Shown here one piece after another: positions 1-12,101 of a DNA stretch of 64,000 nucleotides. The stretch's first letter is position 1; every line of letters starts with the position of its first letter. The stretch is from Marsupella aquatica (taxonomy: Eukaryota > Plantae > Marchantiophyta). A program made the translations under genes and the position numbers. The stretch lies in assembly GCA_973895155.1 (NCBI GenBank), contig OZ316893.1:14290645-14354644 (forward strand). The letters are read 5' to 3'. Below the pieces are notes generated by a model. That model was not told the DNA's origin. It did not search any database and worked only from the letters and a program-made list of their open reading frames with translations.

Positions 1-880
1 AATGATGAAGAGAAAAATGACAAAGGACATTAAGAACACCCATAAATAACAGAAACTCTCAAGGTCTCATCATTCTTCTCTTCTCTGTAAAGAGCTAAAA
101 TTTTCAAAGAGAAAAACCCAAAAATTACAAGGAGAAAAAGTCACCCATAAACAACATAAACTCTAGAGGTCTCAGCATTCTTCTCTTCTTTTCAGTAAAG
201 AGATAAAATTTACAAAGAGAAAAAGCCAAAAATTTCAAAGAGAAAAAGTCACCCATGAACAACAGAACTCTTGAGGTCTCAGCATTGTTTTCTATAAATT
301 GTCAACACTTGTAAGGAGGAAAAACCACAAAGAGAAAAATTATGAAGTACATTAAGGACACCCAACACCCATATATAGCAGAAACTCTTGTGGTCTCAAG
401 CCCAACTCGCATGTATGCAGATCGAAAGCATTCGGCCTTAAGCATTCCCACATTTTTCAGCAAAAAGTAGATCTTGTGCCTCCCAAGTGTAATGACTGCC
501 TTTGCACATGGACTCTCTCATCTATAGGACATTTTTTGTTTCAACTTACAGGCAAAGGATAGGAGATTTTTGCCCTTGGTTTTATGGCACAAGCCTTGCG
601 GGAAAGTACTCTTGCATATTAATTAATTAATTAATTAATTAATTAATTAATTTTACAGCATAAGCCCTGCAGGAAGGTATCTTTATAATATTCTCAATCA
701 ATTAATTGTTCTATGCCATCTGTGAAGTAGAGTGGGGCTTTACAGGCGAGCTGGGCCTGATGAGCATTTTTCTTTGTAAAGAGCCAAAAACATTTAAGAG
801 AAAAAGCCCAAAAACTACAAAGAGAAACAATGACGAAGAACTTCAGCACACCCCATAAATGACAGAAACTGTCTCGACGT
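1..880. repeat. Degenerate A-rich repeat array (units like CAAAGAGAAAAAGTCACCCATAAACAACAGAAACTCTTGAGGTCTCAGCATT), probably a TE remnant
   Basis: The motifs 'cacccat..a..acagaaactc....ggtctca' and 'caaagagaaaaa' recur at about 40, 145, 250, 370 and 850. Confidence 0.6.
619..652. repeat. (TTAA)n microsatellite
   Basis: About 8 perfect TTAA units. Confidence 0.95.
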
Positions 881-3024
881 CTAACTGTACGATTACTGCG
901 AGCGTAGACAGTACGAGCAGTGTAAAATAGCCCATTCCGATTCCGCCACGAGGTTCATTCCCCCGTTCGTTCGTTCGTCCCGCACTCGGCACTCGATTCC
1001 CTCCTCCTCAATCGGATCGGCTCATGGTCATGGAGGCAGCAGCTACAGTGTTGGCACGCCTCGGGACGAGGCGGCTGTAGAGCGTTGAACAGACAAATCA
1101 ATTCAACTCGCCCACCAAAGAAGAATTTTCAAAGGCGGAAGTAAAGAATTGATGACGGGCAATGGCTGCCAAGGAAAGTCCAGTCCAGTCCAGTCCAGTG
1201 CAGTGCAGAAGTCCTGTCCGGTCGTCCATCGAGAGTCGTCATTCAACGGGTTCGCTAGGAGGAGTTTGATTCTTACGAGACTAGAGTAGATGGAGAAAGG
1301 GTGATTCAAACGCATGGGGTCGGAGGGAGTGAGTAGTGGGGGAGGGGGGCGGGCAAGAGGAGTGGGTACTACCGTAGCGCCCATCGCCTCATCTCATAGC
1401 AGGGAGGCGTTGAACAGCGAGCTGAGCTGTGTGTGGGTTGAATATAAATTGTCAAACAGACTACACTGATCCTGGACTGGACTGGACTGGACGGGATTGG
1501 AGTGGACGGAGATTGGTATAAGAGCTGCTGTCACTTTGTACGTCTTTGAAAACTGTGTTGACGAACACAGCCGTTGTGCGGGAGAGCGGAAGGTTTCGTT
1601 GTCGTTGAAAGGCTGACGAGAGCAGAGCAGAGCACAGCAGCGAGAGGAAGTTGGAGACTGTTCTTTCTAATGCTGATGAGTACTTGTTTATTTGCTTTGG
1701 GGAACGGAAAGGAGGTGGTGGTGTGTGTGCTGCGTCGGTCGTCTACGACACCACCGTGGGGCGGGATGGTGGCTTGGCTGGACGTCTACGACACTTGTTG
1801 CCAGCAGCGATTTACTACGAAAGGGAAATAGCACGTCGGACGACTTCTTTCGGAAGAGAGGCACGATAGAAGCCTGGACAGTGTGAAGAAAGAAGGTAGG
1901 GTGACGAATCGTAGAGCATGATGAGGAACCCCGACGGAATTTTAGTGAGTACTGAGTGTAGTAGGAGATGGGCACGGTGTGACGAGTTTGGAAAATGGCA
2001 TTGAGAGAGGCTCAGCGGGACTAATTGGAACTATCGACCGGAGAGAATGTCGAGAAACCGTCGAAGAGATCATCGGGTTCACGAGATCGAATGCCGGCCG
2101 ACGTTGGAGACTGCATTCTTGAAAGGAACGAGATGGAGCAGCGCGTTTTGCTGACAAGAGGCTAACCGAGACGGCCTGCCTTGAAGAATATCAAGTCGGT
2201 GAGTCGATCCTTCTGCACTTTCACGGAATTGGATCACACTTGATCGAAACCAAAGCTGATCAGGAATTGTCCAATGTCGCTCACGACCGTTCTTGAAACT
2301 TTCCTGTATGATGTTTCAAGGCTGGAATCTTGGATTTCTTGTTTGGTAGTGTAATAGAACTTTGGTCGTTCCGTATGCTAGTATTCTTTGCAAGAATGCA
2401 AGCTGATGTTATGATTTATACGGTTTCGACGAGGGAAACAATTACCATCGTACTTCCGAGATGGAGGCGTGCGTGAACGGGTTGAATTTATCGAGCCATT
2501 GTAGCGTGTTCGCCGAGCGTTGACCAGGTCAACCTCGACGGCGTGAGAATCGTTACTTGAACGACTAGGTACAACATAGTGTTCTTGGCGTGGCGGATCA
2601 AAGAACTTGCCCCCGTGGTCGTGGTCATTCATTCGGCCGCACTCCAAGAACAGTGGAAAGTTGTTGTCCACTGTGAATACCTGATTTTCACGAAGCACTT
2701 CGAGCCCCTAAATTCAATTTCATGTCACCCCCGTTCAAAGAAACAAGAAAAGAGGTCCAGAGATCAGGTTGCTACGCAGAGAGCTTAGAGTAGTAGGGTA
2801 GGTAATGCCGGCGAAGAGAGTGCGGCGGCGCTGTCTCAAATACTTGGCTCAGCTCGTCCGTCTTGTCGCAGAAGTCTACAGATGTCTAACAACAATCGCT
2901 TGTGCATTTGCAGGGTGCATTTTCCCGAGCTGTTACATACATTTTGGAGATTTTTGGAAAACGTCTGGCTGCACGCTGGACGCACCATCTACAGTTCTAT
3001 TGAAATGAGCACCGCGGGTTACAG

Positions 3025-4341
3025 ATGACAGTGCTTCACAGCACCACAACTGAGACAAGAGGGAGAAAGGGGACAGAGATGGTGACGGTGCGGCAAGTAC
3101 TGAAACGGGAGGAGCCGAGTGGCTGCATTCCCGCCAACTTCACATGCCCCATATCCCTGGAAGTGATGGTGGAGCCTGTGACGCTGTGCACGGGGCACTC
3201 ATTCGATCGCTCCAATATCGAGAGATGGTTTGCAGAGGGAGAGATGATGTGTCCCATGACATTGCAAATTCTGCTCGATCCGTGCTTTGTCCCTAACAAA
3301 ACTCTAAGAACCATGATTCTGAATTGGTTCAAGCATGACTGGCTTGAACTCCGAGCAGTCGAGGGTGTGGATTCCGACTACGACATCCCCATTCCGATCC
3401 AAATCACGTTGTTATGTAGAGAGTTGAGAGGTAGAGAGAAAGGGCAGCGGATCCCACCACAAGCAATTCGGAGACTCCGGTCGATAGCCAAAGGAGGCGA
3501 GCGGGATCGGAATACCATCGCCAGGAAGGGGGCTGTGCCTCGTCTGATAGACATCCTACTGGAAGAAGACGATTCGGAAGGGAACACGGAAATGTTCGTC
3601 TATGCCGTGGGGGCGCTGGCTGTGCTCCCTCTGGACCAGAGCCAGAGACGTCAGATTGCACTCTCCGGTGCCCTCCCTAGACTCTGCGAGCTGTTGAAGG
3701 ACAGTGATCTGGGGGGAGGATACGCTGGAGAACTTTTGGCGCAACTGGCAGAAGTGGAAGATTTACGAGGTCTGATCGGTCAATCTCCAGGTATCTTACA
3801 AAGACTTTTAGCCATTCTGGACGACGGTGGCCCTGCGAAGCAATCGGCTGCGGCGATTCGGACTCTTTTGCAGCTCTGCCAGAGCCCCAAGCTTCGAGCA
3901 GAGGCAGTGGAGTTGGGTGCCGTGGGAATTGTGGTCGAGAATCTGCTTCCTTCCAAAAGGGACGCGGAGAACAGCGTGGCCATTCTGGAGCTTCTCTGCT
4001 ATACTGCCGACGGGCGAACCTGCATGATCGAGCACCCGCTGGCCATTCCTACGCTTGTAAGGGTCATGAACAGCACCTCCGAATGGGGAGCAGCGCACGC
4101 CACCTCTGCCTTGCATTGTTTGTGTAAGGCCAATCCGGAGCTGGGTGGTGTAGCAGCAATTCAATCCGGCGCCCTGCCTCAGTTACTGCTGGTGGTGCAG
4201 AGCAATGCATCCATGATAACGAAGCAGAAGGCAATTGAACTTTTGAAACTGCTGCGTAGTATGTGGAAGTATTACAACTTCCCTGCACAGTATAGTGCTT
4301 CTTCGATGATCGGACACTTGGAGCAAAGAGTTGAGGAGTAA
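3025..4341 (+). CDS. Plant U-box (PUB) / ARM-repeat E3 ubiquitin ligase, intronless CDS
   Basis: 438-aa ORF. U-box IPANFTCPISLEVMVEPVTLCTGHSFDRSNIERWF...CPMTLQ...PNKTLRTMILNW is followed by ARM repeats (GAVPRLIDIL, GALPRLCELL, GALPQLLLVVQS...KQKAIELLKLL). An alternative start is at 3079. A probable 5'UTR intron runs from 2199 (GTGAGT) to 2913 (TTTGCAG). Confidence 0.93.
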   Translation: MTVLHSTTTETRGRKGTEMVTVRQVLKREEPSGCIPANFTCPISLEVMVEPVTLCTGHSFDRSNIERWFAEGEMMCPMTLQILLDPCFVPNKTLRTMILNWFKHDWLELRAVEGVDSDYDIPIPIQITLLCRELRGREKGQRIPPQAIRRLRSIAKGGERDRNTIARKGAVPRLIDILLEEDDSEGNTEMFVYAVGALAVLPLDQSQRRQIALSGALPRLCELLKDSDLGGGYAGELLAQLAEVEDLRGLIGQSPGILQRLLAILDDGGPAKQSAAAIRTLLQLCQSPKLRAEAVELGAVGIVVENLLPSKRDAENSVAILELLCYTADGRTCMIEHPLAIPTLVRVMNSTSEWGAAHATSALHCLCKANPELGGVAAIQSGALPQLLLVVQSNASMITKQKAIELLKLLRSMWKYYNFPAQYSASSMIGHLEQRVEE

Positions 4342-5352
4342 TGAGGGACTCTTGGACAACTAAAGTTGTCTGATCAGCCTCCTTGTGATGAACTCCTATT
4401 CATTTTGAACACGTCTGGAATAGTGAATGTGGACGTGCCCTCACTCCCTCTAGCACAGGAGAAATGTCAAGATCTTGTTCGCTGGACTGATAAAATTAGA
4501 TACAGGATTACCGGTATTTTCCTCGGGATCTACGACATAGGGAAACTTTGGGATGGTGCCGCCCTTATTTATTATGGTTTGCCTCAATCCAGTGGAACTA
4601 AAAAAGTACACGATCATCTTACTGGCGCTGTTGCTGACGGATTTCTTGTTCGGCCCAAAGTCTCCAAAACAAGAGCAGTGGGGAAAGATGACACGTCAGA
4701 GCTGTCACAAAGAGCTTCAACATATCGTCTGAGATGATGAGAAATGTAGCTGTCTATGCAGTCGATTAGTTTCTTTATCAGACCAGTGTTGTATAATACA
4801 ATTTTCCTTGTACAGATTACTCAACAAAGACCCATGGCTGTTTTATGAGGGTTTTGCAACCAGGAATTTCATCAGTGTACAGTGAAAAGTTTTGATTTCC
4901 TCAGCCGGATCGCGACATATGTGCCTTGCGATTCTACGTTGGTGTGATGCATTGCTTGCTTCCTTCCATTACAGTGTATAGTGTCCTTAATGACCCTGTC
5001 CTCCGCAACAAATACCCGCTTTTCTCGTGGAAATGCTTGGAGGAATGTCTGAGATAGGGCTTCAGGTGCTTGGTATTCCACAGTTCCACCGGTTTTGTCA
5101 GGGAACGAATCGTTTACAGCCTACCATCTGCGTTTCATTGACAATGGATAGTGCCTTTGCTTCGGCACAATGCAAAGTTTATTCCCCAGTCAAACTTTGA
5201 GATCTCTTTGTCTTCGGTCTGCCAACGTGTCCCTCAGTCTGATCCACATCGTGGCTAGCGTCCAAAATGCGTTGATGTCCCTCTTGTTTAGAATTTTCCA
5301 TTCACGACACCGCATATGTAGGCACAGTGCAGTTGACTGAGTCAGCCGAAAA

Positions 5353-5444
5353 TTTCTCTTGTCTTCTCAGTTCGACACCTGACATTTAGGCACAGGGCTT
5401 TCTCTTGTCTTCTCAGTTCGACACCTGACATTTAGGCACAGGGC
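5353..5444. repeat. Perfect tandem duplication, 2 x 46 bp
   Basis: TTTCTCTTGTCTTCTCAGTTCGACACCTGACATTTAGGCACAGGGC is repeated head to tail. Confidence 0.9.
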
Positions 5445-6046
5445 AGATGACTGAGTGGCACTTTTGAGTCAGATTGGGTTTCTCTCTTCTCTCTTCTCTC
5501 TTCTGCCATCGCTTTCGTTATTGTTCGACAGAACTTTTCTTATAAAAGCATTATAAAAAGCATTATAAAAGCATGGAAGCTTCTTGGACTGCTCCTTCCA
5601 ACTCTGTTAGAGCATCTCCTACGCAGCGTGGTTGGCTTACGGGAACGGGGTTTCCCACCAACCCCGTTAAGAAATATTAAAAGAACAGCCCCTACGGGAG
5701 AACGGGAACGGGACCCGTATTTTTCGTTGACGGGGTTTTCTCTTGCGGGAACGGGATTGTGGAGGCCAAATGCCGCTTTGCCCTATCCACGGGGTTCTTG
5801 ACTGGATTGCAGCAGATATGGATCGTACGGTGGAGGAAAGTCGGTCTTCCGTGCGGGAAGGAGGCCATGCAGAGAAATTTCCCGCTAATGTTCAAGCAAA
5901 AGCTCCTCAATAGAAATGGTGTGCAGCAGTCGAGACTTGCCACTTTGAATCGATGCTCCTCCGAAGCTATGAACTATCATCAATCTTCCTGAAATTGCTG
6001 GCCGTTTCTTCAGTAGCATCTTGCTGTGATTTTTTGATTTTCCACC

Positions 6047-7183
6047 ATGGCTCCAGTTGACAATGCAGCTGCGAAGAAGGGCAAGAAGCAGGCAAATTTT
6101 TCCAATATCGAAATCGAACAGATTGCAAGGTCGTGGCTAGCATGCAGCGGCAATTCCATCAATGGAGCACAGCAGAAATCTGATGTCTATTGGACAAAGA
6201 TTGAGCAGCATTTTCAGAAATCCATGGCAGAATTTAGGCGAAAATATCCAGGTGTGGTGAAGAATGTCCCCAGGTCCATCAGATCATTGAGTTCAAAGTG
6301 GGGTGAGCTTAATCATGATTGTGCCAAATTTTCTGGAGCAATGTCCACGATCGTTGAATTCAATGAGTCTGGAACCAATGAAGACGAGCAAATGGAGAAG
6401 GCTAGAGCTCTCTACCAGCAGACACATAAGAAGGGCTTGGAATTTTCGTACGAAGGTGCTTGGAAAATTTTGAAGGACTCTCCAAAGTGGCAGATCGCAG
6501 CAAGAATGCAGGAGAAGCATTTGGAGAGAGTATTAAAGAGAAAGAACGGGAAGCAAGCTGCCAATACTCCAGCTGATGTTGAAAGTCCAGACAAGGATTC
6601 TGGAATCCATGCTGGAACTCCAGAGATGGTCACCGATAGGCCTTTGGGGAATAAAAAAGCAAAAGAGTTGGCAGCTATTGAGCGGAAGGCAACCAAGACC
6701 AATAGTGCATTGGCAGAGTCTACATCGCTGATTGCAGCTGCCCTGAATCGAAGGGCAAAGGCTATGGAGTCAGTTTTTGAGATCCAACTATTCCAAGTTA
6801 ACCTGGGCTCACTGGATGATCGAGCCAGAAACTTTGTGTTGCTCAAACGGGAGGCAGCAGAGGCAGAATTGCGAAAGCAGCTCAAGGAAGTTGAACCTTT
6901 CAGGAAGGAGGTGGTTGAATTACCACCGGATTTACCTAAAAGTGTGGCTGATCAAGAGAACCAGGATCCGGAGGCCTGGCATTCACCTGACAATGAATCT
7001 TGGCACGAGGAATCAAATGAGGAGTTAGAAGAGTTAGCATTGCATCAATCTGGTCACTCCAACCCCATCAATCTATCAGATATGCCAGATAGGGAATGTG
7101 AAAATGTCGGGGTTTCTTCAGAAGAATTCAGCAATCCCACCTTTCACTACCAGGATGTGCAGTCTCTCTATCAGTTCATGTAG
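6047..7183 (+). CDS. Harbinger accessory Myb/SANT-like DNA-binding protein (NAM-associated / GST-T3-like type)
   Basis: 378 aa. Trp-spaced Myb-like segment (NFSNIEIEQIARSW...QKSDVYWTKI...RSIRSLSSKW), FSYEGAWKILKDSPKW and RPLGNKKAK motifs. Lies inside the TIRs. Confidence 0.88.
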   Translation: MAPVDNAAAKKGKKQANFSNIEIEQIARSWLACSGNSINGAQQKSDVYWTKIEQHFQKSMAEFRRKYPGVVKNVPRSIRSLSSKWGELNHDCAKFSGAMSTIVEFNESGTNEDEQMEKARALYQQTHKKGLEFSYEGAWKILKDSPKWQIAARMQEKHLERVLKRKNGKQAANTPADVESPDKDSGIHAGTPEMVTDRPLGNKKAKELAAIERKATKTNSALAESTSLIAAALNRRAKAMESVFEIQLFQVNLGSLDDRARNFVLLKREAAEAELRKQLKEVEPFRKEVVELPPDLPKSVADQENQDPEAWHSPDNESWHEESNEELEELALHQSGHSNPINLSDMPDRECENVGVSSEEFSNPTFHYQDVQSLYQFM

Positions 7184-8076
7184 TCAACACGACTATAGGC
7201 AAGCGATACTCAGATTTGCCAGGTTGAGCTTGTAGAGTAATTTTGTAGCTGAAATAATTTATCTACAAATTGTAGCCATGCAATTTGTTGTGTGGTGTTG
7301 TACGTAAGTAATTGCATGTGTTGTATGCAGCTTCTTTAATATTGGAATTCGTACTACAAGCTGTTCATACGTTGTGCAAGGTACATATATGTGTCTCGAC
7401 TGCTTTCGGTTGTGTCAGTGTCTTTGAATTTATACTTCTTTATATATAGAGAAGTGAACCAGATTTTTATGAATTGAGCATTTAAACCTGATTGCCAAGT
7501 TACACTATTGATATCGTCCCTTCTAATATTTTAGACCATGAGACTGGAGTACAAGAGACTACGTAACAATACAAATGAGAAAAGCAACCTATGAGAATAA
7601 GACGATGGGCATTGGGCATTGCGCAGACATGCAAGTTGCCAGGGAAGCACCTTCACATAATCAGTTTGTAATATTTTATGCAGTGTTCAACTCTCCAATA
7701 AAGTAAATTCTCCAAAGACTTGTGGGGCCGTATATATACTTGCACCTACAAGGTACGAATTGCTGCAACTGACCTGTCAGTGGCTCCCACACCTTTTATG
7801 CTCAGGGTTGTGCACTCTCACCAATGCTGAGAGTTTTGCACTCTCACCAATGCTACGTACTTTGAAGGTAGCAAATCCAAGGCAATGAGAGAAAAGATTC
7901 AGGTAGCATAGACCTAACACACGAGGTCTCCCAGACTAGGCACAGTCGCAAGTTTAGGATAGAAAGGTATCCCAAAAGCAAGGTCTTTATATATAGAGAG
8001 ACAATTTCAGATTCAGAATTACACTGCTAGCCCGATTGCTAGCCTAGCTCTCACAAGCAAGCCTACGTACAACAGA

Positions 8077-9396
8077 TTACTCGTCCTCTGAATCTCCACG
8101 AATTTGCCACAAGTGTTCAATTAAGTCTGCTTTCAGTTGTTGAGCAGTCGCAGCATCGCTGATTTGTCTCACACCATGAGTCAGCCCAACAAAATTAAGA
8201 GGAGCCCGTGGCCTATGCTGCCACTGCACCTCAGGCCTATCAAAAAGGTAATCATGTGTCAAATCAGGATCTCCATGCTTGTCCTCAATAATCATATTAT
8301 GTAATATCACTGCAGCTTTCCAAATCAACTGCATTTGGTCTCTGCTCCACCATCGAGAGGGATTACGAACCATGGCAAAACGAGCTTGCAACACCCCAAA
8401 GCAACGCTCAACATCTTTCCGAACTGATTCCTGCCTTTTAGCAAACCACTTCCGCTTGGCACCTTGAGGCTCATTGATCGTCTTCATGAAGATGGTGTAG
8501 TCTGGGTATATTCCATCTGTCAATAAGTAGAACATTTTGTAAACATGACCATTCACATCGAAGGTCACATCTGGTGCCACTCCATTCAACAGGTTGACAA
8601 TGAGAGGCGAACGATCAATGACATTGATGTCATTGTTGGAACCTGGGATACCGGCAAAAGCATGCCAAATCCACAAGTCAGACGTGGCAATCGCTTCTAG
8701 AACTATGGAGTTCAATCCATCCTTGTCCCGAAATTGGCCTTGCTCTCCTACGGGACAATTTTTCCAGGTCCAGTGAGTACAATCAAGGCTACCAAACATT
8801 CCGACAAATCCTCTGGCCCGGTTGATTTCCATGTGCTTTTGAACATCAGCCTCCGTAGGGTGACGAAGGTACTCTTCTCCAAAGCAATTGACAAGTGCTT
8901 CAACAAAATGCTTGAATGATCTAATTGCAGTTGATTCCCCAATTCGAACGTACTCATCCACAGCATCCCCAGCACTCCCGTAGCACATGATCCGTAGAGC
9001 AGCTGTCATCTTTTGAAGGCTGCTAATTCCAGCCTTGCCGATAGCATCTGGCCTTTGCACGAAAAAATCATCCTCCTCCAAAATTGCATTGTGAATTCTG
9101 AGGAAAACTTCTTTCCTCATGCGAAATCTACGTCGAAATAAATGAGATGGATAAGTTGCTACAGCAGAGAAGTAGTCATCCCAAATCCTTGCATGGCCTG
9201 CAGCATGGTCACGAAATAAATTAGGAGAACGGCCCTCCCTGGAGCCTCCATGTTTTCGATTCAAAACTTCCAGTGTTTCTTCCAGGCTCTCTTGTTCATC
9301 CAATAATTGAAGAATGTGATCAGCAAGCACTTCGTCTATCTCATCGTCAGAATCTACTCTATCTCCAACCCACTGGTTGAATGCAGCAGAATCCAT
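8077..9396 (-). CDS. PIF/Harbinger DDE transposase (HARBI1/Plant_tran family)
   Basis: 439-aa uninterrupted ORF with FRRRFRM, GSLDCTHW (D), LTDGIYP (D), RKDVERCFGVLQARF (E) and ILHNMI. Confidence 0.95.
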   Translation of the reverse strand: MDSAAFNQWVGDRVDSDDEIDEVLADHILQLLDEQESLEETLEVLNRKHGGSREGRSPNLFRDHAAGHARIWDDYFSAVATYPSHLFRRRFRMRKEVFLRIHNAILEEDDFFVQRPDAIGKAGISSLQKMTAALRIMCYGSAGDAVDEYVRIGESTAIRSFKHFVEALVNCFGEEYLRHPTEADVQKHMEINRARGFVGMFGSLDCTHWTWKNCPVGEQGQFRDKDGLNSIVLEAIATSDLWIWHAFAGIPGSNNDINVIDRSPLIVNLLNGVAPDVTFDVNGHVYKMFYLLTDGIYPDYTIFMKTINEPQGAKRKWFAKRQESVRKDVERCFGVLQARFAMVRNPSRWWSRDQMQLIWKAAVILHNMIIEDKHGDPDLTHDYLFDRPEVQWQHRPRAPLNFVGLTHGVRQISDAATAQQLKADLIEHLWQIRGDSEDE

Positions 9397-10845
9397 ATTG
9401 TCTATGGATCACAATTGTAAATTGTTGTACAGACCAGGGCTTCAAGCAATGCCGCAGGATTGAGAATGATTGGAATGGGATTTCAGGATTTCATAATTAG
9501 AGCATTGTAGAGTGTATCCTTCGATGAGAGATTCAACATATGTATTAAGATATTCCCCTTCCAGGCCATAAGCATTCGCAGATTACTTGGACCTAAATTG
9601 GACACTTCGTGTATCAGTTTTTGGTGGAGCAATTTGTGCTGCAAGCGCCCATTGATTGAGCCCTCCACTCGGCCCTCCATATGGATGAGACAGAATTGAA
9701 TTATTACTGATGAAAGGCAAGAAGACAATGTACACACGTAGAACCTTTCTAGAATGGAGGCGCTGGCCATGATTGAAAGCTTGGGTCAACAACTGGGCAA
9801 TGTCCACAATAGGGAGGAGGATTCCGAGCGGGACGGCATTGCCAGGCTTGAAAATGGAGCGAGACCCTTTGAGCAGGCCACGTCTCTTTTCTGGAGTCCA
9901 ACATGTGTCTGCAAGGAACCCCGTACTTAAAATATCCAGTATCCATTGGGGTTGGACTCTGGCATGACTCAGCCCATACACCCCGTATACTAAAGTTAGA
10001 GTGTCAGAATACGGGGTATTTAATGTATACAGTGAGTGAACCCCGTTAACGTAGGAGATGCTCTTACGAAAGTAAAGTTGTTCCCCTACAACTTTTCAGC
10101 TCGAGTGACCTGCCTCTAATCTCCGTGGAGTCTACCAGCCGTTAGAAATATTTTTAAAGCTTCATATTCGAAGCAGAATCGACCTTCATGCCAATCTAAA
10201 ATAAATGAAGTTGTTCGAGTTACGGTAGCGTAATAAGGTTGTAAGTTAGAAAATCGTCAAGAAGCCAAAGAACTGTTCAACATGTATGTCATGCAACAGA
10301 AAATGTCAATTGTTTCACCATATTGTAAATCAGAAAGTCTTCAATAAGCCAAAGAACTGTTCAAGATGTATATGTCATGTAATGTCATGCAACAGAAAAA
10401 ACCAACTGTACGTACCAATAAAGTGGCATCGGTTGAAGTGGTTTATAGATGTTAACCTCATCTATGAAATTACAAGGATTGCGTAGCACAGGCACAATTT
10501 TCTTCCAAAAGAAGCCATTATGTGCTTCTCAAATCGAAGTACATTGGCCCACGAGCTCGTCTAAATCTCGTCGACTATTCCATCGACGAGTGAGGTGTCA
10601 CTTACATGGCCCTTCTATCTCTAATGTTGCAATCAATGCACCATTGTGGCTTTACGTGCTGAGTAATGAATTCAATACTGTACTACTGTAAGTTCTTCTT
10701 CCAATCCATGACATTGAATATTATTAACAACTGGCAGGAAAAAGCCTTAAACGTTGACGCCTAGAGAAATGAATGGGAACGAAGGCACGCAATGAATATA
10801 CTGAAACTGCCGAGGTATGAGTATGATTTCGTAAAGAACTTACCT

Positions 10846-11020
10846 CTGCTCTTTAGAAGCTTGTACTGGACGGAGTATGAGTGTCGGTGCGATGCTTTAC
10901 GATACACAATTGTTTTAAATCACAATGTGATGTTCTGCTCTTTAGAAGCCTGTACTGGACGGAGTTTGAGTGTCGGTGCGATGCTTTACGATACAATTGT
11001 TTTAATCAGAATGTGATGTT
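10846..11020. repeat. Tandem duplication of ~89 bp
   Basis: CTGCTCTTTAGAAGC.TGTACTGGACGGAGT.TGAGTGTCGGTGCGATGCTTTACGATAC... occurs twice in tandem. Confidence 0.85.
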
Positions 11021-12101
11021 CAAATGAAGTTACCTTATCAGGAAACGAATCTTTGATATCGATGACTGGGAGAGCTACAAGTTTTCTTACTAGACACATC
11101 AGACCGCAATCAAGAACACCTTTTCGTCGAGCCGTGTGGAGCTAGAACATATGCCAATGTCACCGGCTACCTTTTTCACAAATTTATCGCGGAAAGCATA
11201 TCCCAATGAATCGCTTCCAAGCGATGCCACGTACCAGGTAAACTCAGGGAAGAGCTTCAAACGCGGGACAGAAGTTTCGAGGTTTGCCTTTCAGCTGCAT
11301 ATCTGTCGAATTCTCATGCCATCAGCAAATTCGTTTGCTGGTTTCATTTTTGTATGGAGTATCCACTACAGTACTCAAATTTGCCACCTAGCAACCCAAC
11401 GGCTCTGATTACTAGGTGGCTACAGCACTCTTGCTCCTCTGGCAAGCAAAATTAGGTGAGCCCGGAGAGGCCAACACTTGGACATTATATCGACCGGGCC
11501 GGATCACGCGGGATCGAAAAGGCTTGCGTGATTGAACGTAGCTGGGTAGCAATCTTCATTGAAACCCTAGACCCTGAGCTAATGATCGATCTCCAACCTT
11601 GTTCGTTTACTGTATATAATTGGCTTGCTCTCCTCTTCTTATCGAATTGAGATTTCGGGTTGGAGAGAACGATCTAGCGCCTTCTACTTCTGTAACGCAT
11701 GATCTCAGGCCGATTACAGGTCGAGACTGGAGATTCGAACGTAGCTAGTGCGCTGTCTTGTTCGCTGAGGCGACTCTGATCAGTGGATCACCCTCCTGCT
11801 TCACATTGGGACTGTGAATTGAAATCAGAAGACTTCTTTTGCCCAGGCTTTTTGATTGTGAATCGACACCAGAAGCTAGCGTTGGAGATCTTGAAAAGCA
11901 TCAAGACTGCTTACATTCTGTCTACATCTAGACTATAGTTTACATTCTGGCACCATCTTACTCTGTTTTGGATTTGTAGTGAAAAGATTTCCACAGAAGA
12001 TTTCCAGAGAGAAGGCTCTCGTTGCTAAGGCTTGTACGCAATTCAACAGTCTTTTATGCGATTCGGTACTATACCATCGCATCGGTCATACTTTTCTTGT
12101 G

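Larger units (their letters stand above)
5610..10063. mobile_element. Complete PIF/Harbinger DNA transposon (4454 bp)
   Basis: Perfect 14-bp TIRs GAGCATCTCCTACG (5610-5623) and CGTAGGAGATGCTC (10050-10063). TTA TSD at 5607-5609 and 10064-10066. Encloses a Myb-like ORF and a DDE transposase ORF. Confidence 0.95.

Noticed and set aside
4366-4737. 123-aa ORF after the PUB gene
   Set aside because: Non-ATG start and no motif. The position is consistent with the 3' UTR.
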